Source: Candidatus Latescibacterota bacterium (GTDB taxonomy: Bacteria > Latescibacterota > CBDEFO01). From it: 64,000 bases of DNA. Positions 1 to 10,504 of the stretch are shown here, one piece after another. The stretch spans positions 224,001 to 288,000 of the forward strand of contig CBDEFO010000007.1 of assembly GCA_965237525.1 (NCBI GenBank), given 5' to 3'. The number at the start of each line of letters is the position of its first letter. Within the stretch, counting starts at the first letter, position 1. The notes below the pieces were generated by a model. The model was not told the DNA's origin and did not search any database. It saw only the letters and a list, made by a program, of their open reading frames with translations. The position numbers were made by a program, and so were the translations under genes.

Positions 1-706
1 GCTTCTTATTGCCCGATGCGAAGATCAAGATTTTCAAAGGTTACCGACAGATAGTTCATTATTTCAAATCTCAAAGTCATATGGGTACAACAATGTTCTG
101 ATTGGAGCTTATTTTCCATATTGTAATCTATTCGGGAGTGATTTGACCTATTGAAGAGTGTTCCCACTTTGGGCAAGACTTTCCGTTTTATTACCATTAC
201 CGTTTGCCAAGTTGCTATATGTAGAACATATTGCTCAGAGAGATAACGTTCTGAACTTGTTCAGCGAATATTTGTCAAGGATGAATTCATCACCACATAA
301 TACATTTTTCTTTATTCACTTTGAGATTCCGCACCATCCTTATGTTTTTGATTCTCAGGGATTTGTAAATCAGTATTGGGAAGTGATGATTAAAGGGGGA
401 AGCTATAAAGTCGAAGAAAAATATGTGAAACAGTTAGAGTTTGTTGACAGAAAAGTAGGAGAAATAGTTAAGAAACTGAAGGATGATGATTTGTATGACA
501 AAAGCATGATTATCATTACTTCAGACCATAATGCTTCTGTATGGAGGAAGCATAGTGCAACCAGAGTACCCCTATTTATTAAAGCTCCATTTCAAAAAAG
601 TCAACACCTTGTGAAAAATAAAGTCTATACAATAAATCTCAAAAACTTTTTGTCTTCTTTCTTTGAGTCAAACGTTGTTGACATAAAGGAATTGGAAAGG
701 ATGTAA
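1..706 (+). pseudogene. Sulfatase/alkaline-phosphatase-fold protein, C-terminal part (5' end outside window), with in-frame TGA at 152-154
   Basis: Frame from base 2 reads LLIARCEDQDF...DLTY*RVFPLW...; motifs FFFIHFEIPHHPY and IIITSDH. The paralogue near 16125 has TAT GGA where this copy has TAT TGA. Confidence 0.75.
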
Positions 707-715
707 AACCTTAAT

Positions 716-2308
716 ATGAAGAAGTCGCTCGTCATTTATCCCTTTCTGTTCGCTGTATTTCCTATTCTGTCTCTTTTTTCTCATAACATAGAGGAACAGA
801 TATCGATAAATGAAATAGTAGGGCTATTAGCAACTACGACTTTTCTTGCATTTCTGTTGTGGTCGTTGCTGAGTTTTGTTCTTAAGGATAGGCGAAAGGC
901 AGGATTAATCGCCTCTCTTTCCTTATTACTATTTTTTTCATATGGGCGTTTCCATGATGCAATATGGAATTTGGCTGGTCATTCGGAAGTATGGGGATTT
1001 GAGATTGGGAGACATAGATACCATCTCGCTACTTGGGGTGTAATCTTTGCAATTGGCACTTATTTTTCTCTAAGAACGCGCAGAAATTTGAGAAACGTTA
1101 CGTTTTTTCTAAACATAGTTACTACTTCTTTGGTCGCAATTCCTATTATTACCGTGGCTTACGTGCTTGTCTCGTGAGATAAAATAGATTTTGAAAGACA
1201 AATCGATACGTCGCATTTAGAGAGGCCAGATAAGCTTCCGGACATCTACTATATTATTTTGGATGGATACGCAAGAGCGGATATCCTCGAAGAGAACTAC
1301 CAATATGATAATAGTAAGTTCCTGGATTATTTAGTCCAAAAAGGTTTCTATATAGCCAACAAGAGTAGAGCGAATTACCCCCAAACCAGTCTATCAATGG
1401 CGTCTTCTTTGAATTGTACCTATCTGGATGATTTAGCCAATCAGATTGGTGCAGAATATGCTGAGAGATGGCCCTTGCACAGAATGATAGACAACAATAA
1501 TGTCTTTAATTTTCTGAAGCAGTATGGTTATGTATTTGTGCGTCATACTATGTTTGGTACGAAAATAAGGAATGCCGATGATTATGTGATTCTTAATAGG
1601 ACTCCTCCGGGGTCCTTGAGTAGATTCCAGAATATAGTAATAAATACGACTGCCATTCCCGTGTTGCTATGGATTCTGTCCCAGAAATTGTCCTATTATC
1701 AGTATACTCAGTACGAATCACATAGGAAACAGATATTCTATTTCTTTGACTATATTAGTAATTGGACCAAAATGAATTCTCCCGTCTTCGTTTATGCTCA
1801 TATTATGGCCCCTCATCCTCCATTCGTATTTGGAGAAAATGGAAAGGAAATCAATCCCACCGGACCCTTGGTACCTTGGGTGAGTAGAGATGAATTTTTG
1901 AGGAATTATAAAGGGCAACTAATTTATATCAATAAGAAGGTGAAGGAAACAATAGATGACATAATATCTAATGCTCCAGAACCTCCTATTATAATTCTCC
2001 AACCTGATCACGGACCAGCTTCTCTAATTGCCGATATTGATCAGGAACTATCTTTTCTATTGGATCAGGCGAATGAGGGTTGCGTCAAAGCAGCCTTCAA
2101 AGAGAGGATGTCTATATTGAATGCATACTATCTTCCCAATGGGGGTCACGCATATCTATATGATGAGATAACTCCCGTAAACACGTTTAGGATAATATTC
2201 AACCATTACTTTGGTGCGAATTATGAGCTATTAGAGGATGAAAGCTACTTCTCAACCTGGAAATATCCTTATAAGTTCATCAATATAACTGATAAAACTA
2301 ATGGGTGA
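716..2308 (+). pseudogene. Membrane-anchored sulfatase/LTA-synthase-like protein split by in-frame TGA at 1175-1177
   Basis: ORFs 716-1177 (TM helices) and 1259-2308 share one frame. The intervening codons read ...KLPDIYYIILDGYARAD; later motifs HIMAPHPPFVF and QPDHG. Confidence 0.8.
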
Positions 2309-2756
2309 GAGGGATCTCAGAGTTATTTAAGCCGGTTTAGCATAATGCCAAATTTCTGATGATCCTATTGTTCCCTTCGATCACAATGTCGCAAACACAC
2401 ATTCTTAGCAGAAGATGAATCTCCTTTTAGTGACCGAGGACTATCCTCCGATGCCAGGAGGCATAGCTACGTTTTTGCGTAATATTTGCTTCTTTACAGA
2501 ATTTAACGTATCCGTTCTTACTGTAAGGATGGCATCCTGCGACGAATTCGATAGAAAACAGAGTTATTTCACAAAAAGAATTGTTCCACCAAGATATCTG
2601 GGTTTTTTGTCTTTCTTTTTAAATGTCCTTTATCTGGTAATCCGAAAGAGAATAGATATTATCTTCTGGGGGCATTTTGCACCTGTGGCGATAACGGGTT
2701 GGTTAGGTCTATATTGCGTAAGCGACTAGCTGTGTTGGTCCACGCAAATGACCTAA

Positions 2757-4275
2757 AAGCCTTGTGAAATAGTTATGTCCCAGGCAGCGTCTGAAGCGCC
2801 GATTATGGGTCAAAGAGTAGCATATCGTATCGTTTTGCTGTGGAATAAGCAAAATAGTCTTATCAGAGTTCTGGTCAGCAAGGAATAGGAGCTGTTTGAA
2901 GAACAGGATGCACTGTCTTTGACAGACAGGGCACACATAGACGCTTTCCCCCTTCTTATGAAAGATACAAGCCTCTTGAGATTCTGTACTGTTGCAACAA
3001 GATTCAACTGTTCATTCAGTGAGGCTGGTCCTCTATAACGGGCTCGTCCCATACCGTGTTGTTGCCTGGCTTCAGCAAAGATATGTTCACTGCGTTTACG
3101 GAGTCTCCGGGAGAGTTTGTAGTCAGCTGTTAATGAGATAGACCGTGCATGATTTCTGGCTTTCGCCTCTCGCACTTTTCTATCCCGTTCGGCCTGAATA
3201 TGTGCTGGATTTGTCTTGTTTTTCCATGTAGGAATCGGTTCAATCTTCTCATCGGCTCGCAGAGGAATATGGGGTATGATTCCCCGGTCAAGTACATCAG
3301 CGATAAAATTACCAGAACCGTAACCGGTATCGGCACTAAGTGTCTGAATGTCTTTGGGCATGGTGTATGTTTCAAGGTCATCTACCATCTTAAGGGCACT
3401 TTCGGGCTCTGCTGTCCCTGTCGCCTGCGTGCCCTGAGTCTCAAGGATTACTCTGCTTTTTGTGTCGATCAGATCATGGCCCATAAACGAGAGAAAAGCC
3501 CCTTTGCCCTTCGATTTGCTGTATAAGCGCGCGTCGGGGTCTGTAGTCGAACGGTGTGTTTGGTTCGTCCACTTTTCACCATGAAAGTCTTTATCCTGAG
3601 GATGCCCGGACCTACCCTTTGTCTTATCACCTTCAAAACCGATTCCCTTGAGATAATCATCAAGAGAAACAGGGGGTTCTATCGGCTCAATACTTTTCAC
3701 TGAAGCATCAGCTTGTATCTGAGTGCCGTCGACACTAAGGTGTTTACCGCTCACAAGACCGACATCTATGCAACACTGGACTACCTGACGCATTATCCGT
3801 TCAAACAACCCACTGGATGCCCACTTGTGATTGCGAAGCTTGTTGATCGTGCTCCTATCCGGAACCGCATCATCAAATGTCTGATGACAAAACAACCGAT
3901 ATGCCGCATGCATCCCCACTTCCTGACAGAGCCGATTCTCACTCAAATTATACAGATAGCCAATAAGGATCATTCGAACAACTAATTCAGGATCAATACC
4001 GGGTCTGCCATTGTCAGGGCAATAACAATCTGATACAACGTCTCGTACAAATGAAAAATCAACTGCCTCATCAATCTGACGAAGGATATGATCCTCGGGA
4101 ACTAAATCCTCCATCTGAAAATAGTGAAACATCGGATTTGTCTGTTCCTGCTTTTGTGGGGTCATTGTTTCCTCCATGTATAATATTATCAATAACATAA
4201 TATAATACATCGGAGCTGCTTTATCAATGCTTGTTCTATACTATTTTCTGAATCTAAGGGTTTTTCACAAGGCTT
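2757..4275 (-). mobile_element. IS1182-family insertion sequence, copy 1 (1519 bp)
   Basis: Terminal IRs AAGCCTTGTGAAA / TTTCACAAGGCTT; 4-bp target duplication CTAA (2753-2756, 4276-4279). Confidence 0.9.
2810..4165 (-). CDS. IS1182-family DDE transposase
   Basis: GRPGIDP, PDRST, VDGTQIQADAS, TTDPDARL, ADTGYGS, RSEHIFAE..HGMGRARYRG. Start placed at the ATG after GGAGG (ORF track starts at 4210). Confidence 0.9.
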   Translation of the reverse strand: MTPQKQEQTNPMFHYFQMEDLVPEDHILRQIDEAVDFSFVRDVVSDCYCPDNGRPGIDPELVVRMILIGYLYNLSENRLCQEVGMHAAYRLFCHQTFDDAVPDRSTINKLRNHKWASSGLFERIMRQVVQCCIDVGLVSGKHLSVDGTQIQADASVKSIEPIEPPVSLDDYLKGIGFEGDKTKGRSGHPQDKDFHGEKWTNQTHRSTTDPDARLYSKSKGKGAFLSFMGHDLIDTKSRVILETQGTQATGTAEPESALKMVDDLETYTMPKDIQTLSADTGYGSGNFIADVLDRGIIPHIPLRADEKIEPIPTWKNKTNPAHIQAERDRKVREAKARNHARSISLTADYKLSRRLRKRSEHIFAEARQQHGMGRARYRGPASLNEQLNLVATVQNLKRLVSFIRRGKASMCALSVKDSASCSSNSSYSLLTRTLIRLFCLFHSKTIRYATL

Positions 4276-5099
4276 CTAAACTCTTCTCTTTCTCAGGGGA
4301 AGGTGAGCAGGTTTATGTCCCATTTTGTATTGAGGCGATTCGATCTGGTCTTTGGCAACTCTAATTATACCAAGAATATGTTGTTGAAGCTCGGCCCTTT
4401 ACCCGAAAGGATAAAGATATTTCACCCCGGAGTGGATATCTCCCTGTTCTACCCCAAAAGCGTGGACAGTGAATTGAAAAAAAGATACAATCTGTCGGGC
4501 AAGAGAATCATACTGACTGTGGGGAGGCTGATTGAGCGTAAGGGGCAAAGAGCAGTTGTAGAGGTGCTTCCAGATATTGTGAATAAAATGCCCGATGTGA
4601 TCTACGTCATTGCGGGAGACGGCCCAGAGAAAGATAATTTACATACTTTGGTCCAGAAACTGGGTTTAGGTCAAAAGGTCGTATTTATCCATGATCCGCC
4701 TTATGAGCTTGCACCGGACGCGCACAATCTATGTGACCTTTTCGTTATGGCGGTCAGTAAAGAGATGCCTGAGACGACGGTAGGGGTAGAGAGCTTCGGG
4801 ATCGTGTTTTCTGAGGCAGGGGCGTGCGGAAAGCCTGTGATCGGGAGCTGGTCTGGAGGGATACCGGATGCTGTGGTGGATGGAGTCACAGGAATCTTGG
4901 TCGATCCTGAGGATCGTCGAGAATTGAAGGGGGCTATCTTATCCTTGCTTTCTGATCCGAAACTGGCGCAAACAATGGGACAAAAAGGGCGGAAGAGGGT
5001 ATTGAACGAACTGACCTGGAAAAAGGTCGTCGGGGAGTTTGATTATGAATTGGAATTGCTGCTAAGTAAGTAGACAGAGCACCTCATTTAGAAAGAGTT

Positions 5100-5171
5100 G
5101 TCAGACAGGAATGTCTGACCCACCTTCCTATATATGTTGGTGGTTGGTAGAACAGACATTCTTGTCTGTTC
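5100..5171. repeat. Divergent pair of GTRG-type REP-like hairpins
   Basis: GTCAGACAGGAATGTCTGACCCACC (5100-5124) and GGTAGAACAGACATTCTTGTCTGTTC (5146-5171). Confidence 0.6.
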
Positions 5172-5193
5172 TAAGCATTCTTTAAATAGATCA

Positions 5194-6399
5194 ATGGACA
5201 AAAGGAAAATTACTCTTATCTACTTTAGCGACTACTGGGACGAACGATGGCGCCGCCGCCAGCAGTTAGCTTACAGATTCGCCCAGCGGGAGGATGTACG
5301 AAAAGTTGTCTGTGTAGAATTTCCCCTACCGTTGACGTCCTTTGCTAAATTCTTGGTCTATAAAGCTGACGTTGAGGCGAGCGCTCGTTGGGAGAGGGTC
5401 ACAGAATCAGGAATGGGACGTTCCATGCTTGACGGAAAGCTGGAAATACTAAGCCCTATCTGTGCTTTTCCCCTTTTCAGGAGGACTCTTCTTTCGAGAC
5501 TGGATAAGGCCTTTTTGAGGATTTTGACAGAGGTTTTGATAAGACGAGCGATAAGCGACATTGAGGACAAATCTTCGATCCTCTTCTGGGCAAGTCATCC
5601 TTTTGCCGCCGATTACATAGGGAAATTCAACGAAGCGATGATTTGCTACGATTGTACCGAGAAGTTTAGTGAGTTCGATTTTTGGGTGACCCTCAGAAAT
5701 GAAGTCGAAGAAAAGGACAGCCTGCTTACTCAGAGGGCAGATCTGATTTTTGTACAGGCTGAACCTTATCTTGTTGAGAAAAAGTCCGTCAATCCTAAGA
5801 CATTTTTGATCCCTAACGCCGTTGACTACGATCTTTTCCAAAACTGCCTGGATATGCCAGAGCCATCAGACTTGAAGGGCATCAAGAGACCTATCTTAGG
5901 CTATGTAGGAAGCATCAACAGTCGTATGGACTTTGAGCTTTTGAGGAAAACGGCGCAGGTCTATAAAGATTGGTCGCTCGTCTTCATAGGTGATGTCAGC
6001 GACAGTTCCCTCATAAAGCCGATAGATGGCTTAAAAAATGATTACTTTTTAGGAGAAAAGCCTTATAATATATTACCGAGCTATCTGAAGGAATTTAATG
6101 TCTGTCTAATGCCCTATAGTATTAACCTTATGCAGAGCCCACTCAAGCTTTTCGATTATCTTGCCTCTGGGAAGCCTGTCGTCTCGACAGACATACCGGG
6201 TCTTCGGAACTTTTCAGATGTCATATTCGTATCTAAAACCGAAGATGAGTTTATAAAAAATATAGGGATAGCCGCAGATGATAACAATCCTTCATCGGTA
6301 CTAAGGCGGAAAAGGCGGGCAAAGGACAATTCGTGGGATGTCAGGGAGGAACAGGTATGGGACATCATTAAGAGGGAGTTGTCTTCAAAGGTGCAGTAG
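5194..6399 (+). CDS. GT-B glycosyltransferase (GT4/TuaH-like)
   Basis: W..RRQQLA, YDCTE, IPNAVDY, GYVGSI, SPLKLFDYLASGKPVV. Start taken at MDKRK (5194) because the upstream extension overlaps the REP pair. Confidence 0.85.
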   Translation: MDKRKITLIYFSDYWDERWRRRQQLAYRFAQREDVRKVVCVEFPLPLTSFAKFLVYKADVEASARWERVTESGMGRSMLDGKLEILSPICAFPLFRRTLLSRLDKAFLRILTEVLIRRAISDIEDKSSILFWASHPFAADYIGKFNEAMICYDCTEKFSEFDFWVTLRNEVEEKDSLLTQRADLIFVQAEPYLVEKKSVNPKTFLIPNAVDYDLFQNCLDMPEPSDLKGIKRPILGYVGSINSRMDFELLRKTAQVYKDWSLVFIGDVSDSSLIKPIDGLKNDYFLGEKPYNILPSYLKEFNVCLMPYSINLMQSPLKLFDYLASGKPVVSTDIPGLRNFSDVIFVSKTEDEFIKNIGIAADDNNPSSVLRRKRRAKDNSWDVREEQVWDIIKRELSSKVQ

Positions 6400-6410
6400 G
6401 GGGCAACAGG

Positions 6411-8792
6411 GTGTCAAATTACAAAGTAGTTATATTTATCAGCAGTCTATCATCTATAACGACAGGCGGCATGAGATATTCTGTTGAGGTGTATAAATAT
6501 CTGAAGCGGAGCGCAGTATCCGTCAACGTAATCAAATTAGAGGAAATGCCGATCCTCATTAAAAGATTACCCTCTTTTTGAATCTAACCCTTACCGATTT
6601 CTGGTCTGTTTGCAGCTTCTGTCTTTGAAGCTGGACAGGAATAGAGGACTTGTACTGCCCCCCAGGAAAGCGACACCAATTAAGCAACCTGGGGTAGTAG
6701 ATAAAATTGTTTTCTCCACTCTTCCGGGGTCTTATATCCCAGGGATGAATGAAGCCTGTTCAAAGGATTCAAACTTGTGAAGCCAAACACACTCTTGCTT
6801 GAGGGTCCTGAAAAAACGCTCTACAACACCGTTCCAATCGGGCTTACCACTTGGTATGTATTCCTGACGAATTCCCCAATATTCGGTACTCGCCAAATAG
6901 GCCCGAGCCAAAAAGATGGAACCATTGTCAGAGCGCAAAGTGAGACCCTGGGGGACAACCTCCTTGGAAGTGTATCGAGAGATCACGGCCCGATCCAGGG
7001 CATCTGTGGCCTCCAGTGCCCTCCCTTTTCGACTAAAACGATACCCAGGAACCTCCCGACTCCCGTTGTCCACCACCGCAATAAGAGGACACCAACCGTC
7101 TTCCCCACAATAGATCTTGGGTCAAGTCAGCCGACCAGAGACTGTCAGGACGATCCATCACAGAACGCTTCTGGGCAACCTGTGGCCCCTTTCTCCCGGG
7201 GTCCCCGATTGATTCTATCGGGGATTCCACAGCTTACACTGCCACCCCTTAAGCTTCATTATCCTATGAACCTTCTTGATGTTGACACATGCCCCTTCCT
7301 TGAAACGAAGATGCGCCCAAACCCGCCTGTGACCAAATGCCTCTTCTTGGTCGAGTATCCCTCGAACACGAAAAGCAAGCTGTTCATCTATCACAGACTC
7401 TTCGACAGAAGAACTGACACCTCTATCCCTAAGCCTATACAGAGTCGAACGATGCAAACCCAAAGCCAAAGCTACCACCTTACGGGAATAGCCTCGACCC
7501 AAAAACCGCCCACTCAAGGCAACCGCTTCGTTTTTTTTAGACGGGCTACCTCCTCGAGTATCTCCAACTGGAGGGTTAACTGCCCTACCTTACGCTCCAA
7601 CCGGCTGACCTCCCGCTCCTTCGGATCCTTGCGACCATGCCGAGACTTGCAGACTCTCCTGCCCTCCTTCTAAGAAACTATCACGCCAAGCATACGCCTG
7701 TGACTGGCTAATTCCATTCTTCCGACACACCTCTGATACATCCGCTCCTTTCAAAACAGCCAACACCACCTCTACCTTACGGGTCGCCGTCCAGCGCTTA
7801 CCATCTTTCACTTCGGGGCTTGACAATTTGACCTCCCTTCTCAAACCCCAATTTGCGAAATATTTGTCGCTCTGTCAAGGGGAGCGGTATGGACTTATCC
7901 TATTTGAGGATTATCACTTTCATCCGAGAGTGTTTCTATTTAATCTGTTTGTAAAAACTTTTTTCAAAAGCGTAAGTGCTCTATCTACAGTACAGTTGTC
8001 CTCCTTCTATCATTCTGCTTTGCGATATAGCGCGGCTAAAAAGATAGATGAATTTATTGTCAGGATATTTTTCAGCCAGTTGGATAAGATATTAGCCATC
8101 AGCGATAACACGAAAAATGAAGTGCTGTTGCTGAGGATCGAGCGCTCTAAGGCCAAGAGGATCTACTGCGCTTACGAGGATTTGCCTTGGAGGACATCGC
8201 CCAAAAGCCAAAATGGACGCAAGAGGTTAAGATAGACCTCCTCTTTATGAGGAGGAGCCACGCTGACAAGGGGCTCGAATATCTATTGGAGGTAGTCGCT
8301 CAGTTTGGGGATGATTTTGTCTTAAATATAGTGGGCGACATCGATCACGATCTGAGTTACTACAAGAAACTAACTGAAATTATTGGGAAGCACAATATAA
8401 TGGGGAAGATCTTTTTCCACGTGCAAGTAGATGATAGAAGCAAGCTTAAACGATTCTATGAAAGGTCAGATGTTTTTGTCTTGCCTTCAATTGTCGAAGG
8501 AATCGGTGTTGTTATTTTGGAAGCGATGTCAGCCGGTCGTCCCATAGTCGCCACAAACGTGGGAGACATCCCAGAGTTCGTAAAAGACGAATACAACGGC
8601 ATCCTTATGCCTCCGAGGGATGCGTCCTTTCTCGCGAACGCTACAAATTCTCTGATATGTTCTCCTTCTATGAGAAAGCAATATGGTACTAATGGTTTCA
8701 AATACTGTCAAAACGTTCGAGATCTTCATTCCTGGGATGGAATCTGTAGGGGAATGCATGACATTCCTAACCGATTGGTTGATGCTGCTTAG
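6411..8792 (+). pseudogene. GT4 glycosyltransferase with several frameshifts and an IS3-family insertion
   Basis: Colinear paralogue of 17716-18855. Frameshifts near 6575 and 8185; IS at 6651-7891; FVLPSIVEGIGVVILEAMSAGRP. Confidence 0.85.
6651..7891 (-). mobile_element. Degenerate IS3-family element (orfA about 7590-7844; orfB fragments 7215-7517, 7033-7230, 6732-7076)
   Basis: HTH-type orfA (RWTATRKVEVVL..VSEVCRKNGIS); integrase core LRSDNGSIF and NGVVERFFRTLKQE; A-run near 7531-7538 at the orfA/B junction; imperfect IRs; duplicated (G)GACT flanks. Confidence 0.8.
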
Positions 8793-8918
8793 AAGGAAGG
8801 TAGACATAGCATCGGATAATCCACTCTAGAAGATGCACTCCCAAACTTTGATTCGGAGATTAAAGGGTATCATACTAACATTTATTAGAATGTTCTCAAT
8901 CTAAAGGAGGAAATCACC

Positions 8919-9143
8919 ATGAAATATTTCACATGCTTGATAAGGACACTTACTGTTCTTGCTTTATTTTATTTGATCTTCCCTGAGAAGGCGTATGCCT
9001 ATATGGATATGGGAAGTCTCAGCTACATTCTTCAGCTGATTATAGCTGCTTTAGTTGGGATATTGTTGACAACTAAGATAGTATGGCATAGGATTAGATT
9101 CTTCTTCAAGAAGTTATTCTCCAGAGAGGAATACCACGAATAA
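8919..9143 (+). CDS. Small signal-peptide/TM protein of the AY(L/I)DPG(T/S)GS-like type
   Basis: RBS AAGGAGG at about 8904; AYAYMDMGSLSYILQLIIAALVG followed by a basic tail. Confidence 0.7.
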   Translation: MKYFTCLIRTLTVLALFYLIFPEKAYAYMDMGSLSYILQLIIAALVGILLTTKIVWHRIRFFFKKLFSREEYHE

Positions 9144-9238
9144 GCTGAAGACTAGCGGAAATGTCCCAAGCTCGTTTTGAATACCCCTAAAAGAATGTAG
9201 TTCTTGCAACGCTCAATTTTGTCAACATCTTAACAATC

Positions 9239-10411
9239 ATGGCACATATAACAGCCAGGAAGCCTAATGTTATCGCGCTTTTGTTAAGAGAAATCGCGGA
9301 CTCTTACCGGTTTTTTCGGGAAATTCCAAAAACAGAAAAGATGATAGTTTTCTATGCCGAACACAAAGGCTATTATCCCAACTTCGAAGGGCTTATTGAG
9401 GAATTGATCGGTAAGTACGAACAGACTTTGTGCTATATCACATCGGACCCCAATGATCCAATTCTGCAAACATCAGAGTTGAGAATAAGGACTTTTTATT
9501 TGAATAAGTTACTACCTTTCTTCATGGTATTTATCAATTGCAAGGTATTTGTCATGACATTGACCGACCTTAATCAATCCTATCTCAAGCGCTCAATCAA
9601 TCCGGTGCACTACGTTTACGTATTCCATGCCCTTGTCAGCACTCACATGATGTATCGATATGGTGCTTTTGACCATTACGATGCGATTTTGTGTGTGGGT
9701 CCACATCATGTCAGGGAAATCCGCAAGTGCGAAGAACTCAATAGTCTTCCGCCGAAGAGGCTTGTGGAGGCAGGTTATTATCGACTGGAGCGAATTTACA
9801 GGGAATATCAGAAATATTCCCGAAAGGAGTCTTCCTCAGGTGATAAGCGAACTGTCCTGATCGCACCTTCTTGGGGAACTGACAACGTTTTGGAGTCTTG
9901 CGGCGAGCGTCTTGCCGATATTCTTTTGAAGGCGGGTTACGAGGTGATTGTTCGGCCTCACCCGGAAACTGGACGACGTTCTCCTGAACTCATGACTTTG
10001 TTTGATTCCAAATTCGGCCGTAACCCGAATTTTACTTTGGAGAGGTCTGTTGCCACAGATGACTCATTGCTGCGGGCCGATGTCCTGATATGTGACTGTT
10101 CGGGGATTGCCCTTGAATACGCTTTTGGCACCGAGAGACCGGTTTTATTTTTGGATGTTCCCATTAAGATCCAAAATCGGAGATTTGAAGAACTGGGAAT
10201 CGAACCGTTAGAGTTGCTTCTCCGATCAGAGATCGGCGTGATCGTCTCTCGGGAGAGGTTAGGTACCGTTCCTGGAGTTATCTCGAACTTAGTGGCGAAT
10301 AGTGGAGCGTACAGAAAACGTATAGTCGAGTTGAGAGATCAGAACGTCTATGCATTCGGACGCTCCTCGGAGATTGGCGCTCAATACATCATCGATCTTG
10401 TCAATGAGTAA
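9239..10411 (+). CDS. CDP-glycerol glycerophosphotransferase (TagB/TagF)-family protein
   Basis: YVFHALVS, EAGYYRLE, LIAPSWG, VRPHP, ADVLICDCSGIALEYAFGTERPVLF. Confidence 0.8.
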   Translation: MAHITARKPNVIALLLREIADSYRFFREIPKTEKMIVFYAEHKGYYPNFEGLIEELIGKYEQTLCYITSDPNDPILQTSELRIRTFYLNKLLPFFMVFINCKVFVMTLTDLNQSYLKRSINPVHYVYVFHALVSTHMMYRYGAFDHYDAILCVGPHHVREIRKCEELNSLPPKRLVEAGYYRLERIYREYQKYSRKESSSGDKRTVLIAPSWGTDNVLESCGERLADILLKAGYEVIVRPHPETGRRSPELMTLFDSKFGRNPNFTLERSVATDDSLLRADVLICDCSGIALEYAFGTERPVLFLDVPIKIQNRRFEELGIEPLELLLRSEIGVIVSRERLGTVPGVISNLVANSGAYRKRIVELRDQNVYAFGRSSEIGAQYIIDLVNE

Positions 10412-10433
10412 CATGCTTATTGCAGAATAAGGC

Positions 10434-10462
10434 TTCACAAAACGTGTGGGAAAAGTTATACT
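10434..10462 (+). promoter_or_regulatory. Putative sigma70 promoter upstream of pepM
   Basis: TTCACA-N17-TATACT, ending 42 bp before the ATG. Confidence 0.4.
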
Positions 10463-10504
10463 TTGGCTGTAGCATAGGCTACTTTTAGCATAGGGAATTT
10501 AGAC

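Larger units (their letters stand above)
2415..5073 (+). pseudogene. GT4 glycosyltransferase with a frameshift near 2713 and an IS insertion at 2757-4275
   Basis: N-terminal DYPPMPGGIA; C-terminal TVGRLIERKG and ESFGIVFSEAGACGKPV. Removing the IS and one CTAA restores VHANDLNSSLSQGKVSRF. Confidence 0.85.

Noticed and set aside
152..1177. TGA recoding (Gly, Trp or Sec), suggested by two in-frame TGAs, one aligning to GGA in a paralogue
   Set aside because: Many intact genes end at TGA (for example 14000, 15145, 30765, 34755, including ATGA overlaps), conserved genes have no internal TGA, and other lesions are TAG or frameshifts.
2709..3985. Short overlapping ORFs inside IS1182 (MCPVCQRQ..., MTLKHTP..., MYLSAVD..., MISGFRL...) repeated in the other copies
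   Set aside because: They recur only because the IS is repeated; they are alternate-frame or antisense shadows of the transposase.
4166..4210. MYYIMLLIILYMEET N-terminal extension of the transposase
   Set aside because: AT-rich leader; the GGAGG RBS points to the ATG at 4165.
6777..7673. 298-aa plus-strand ORF
   Set aside because: Antisense to the IS3 transposase fragments, with no recognisable motifs.
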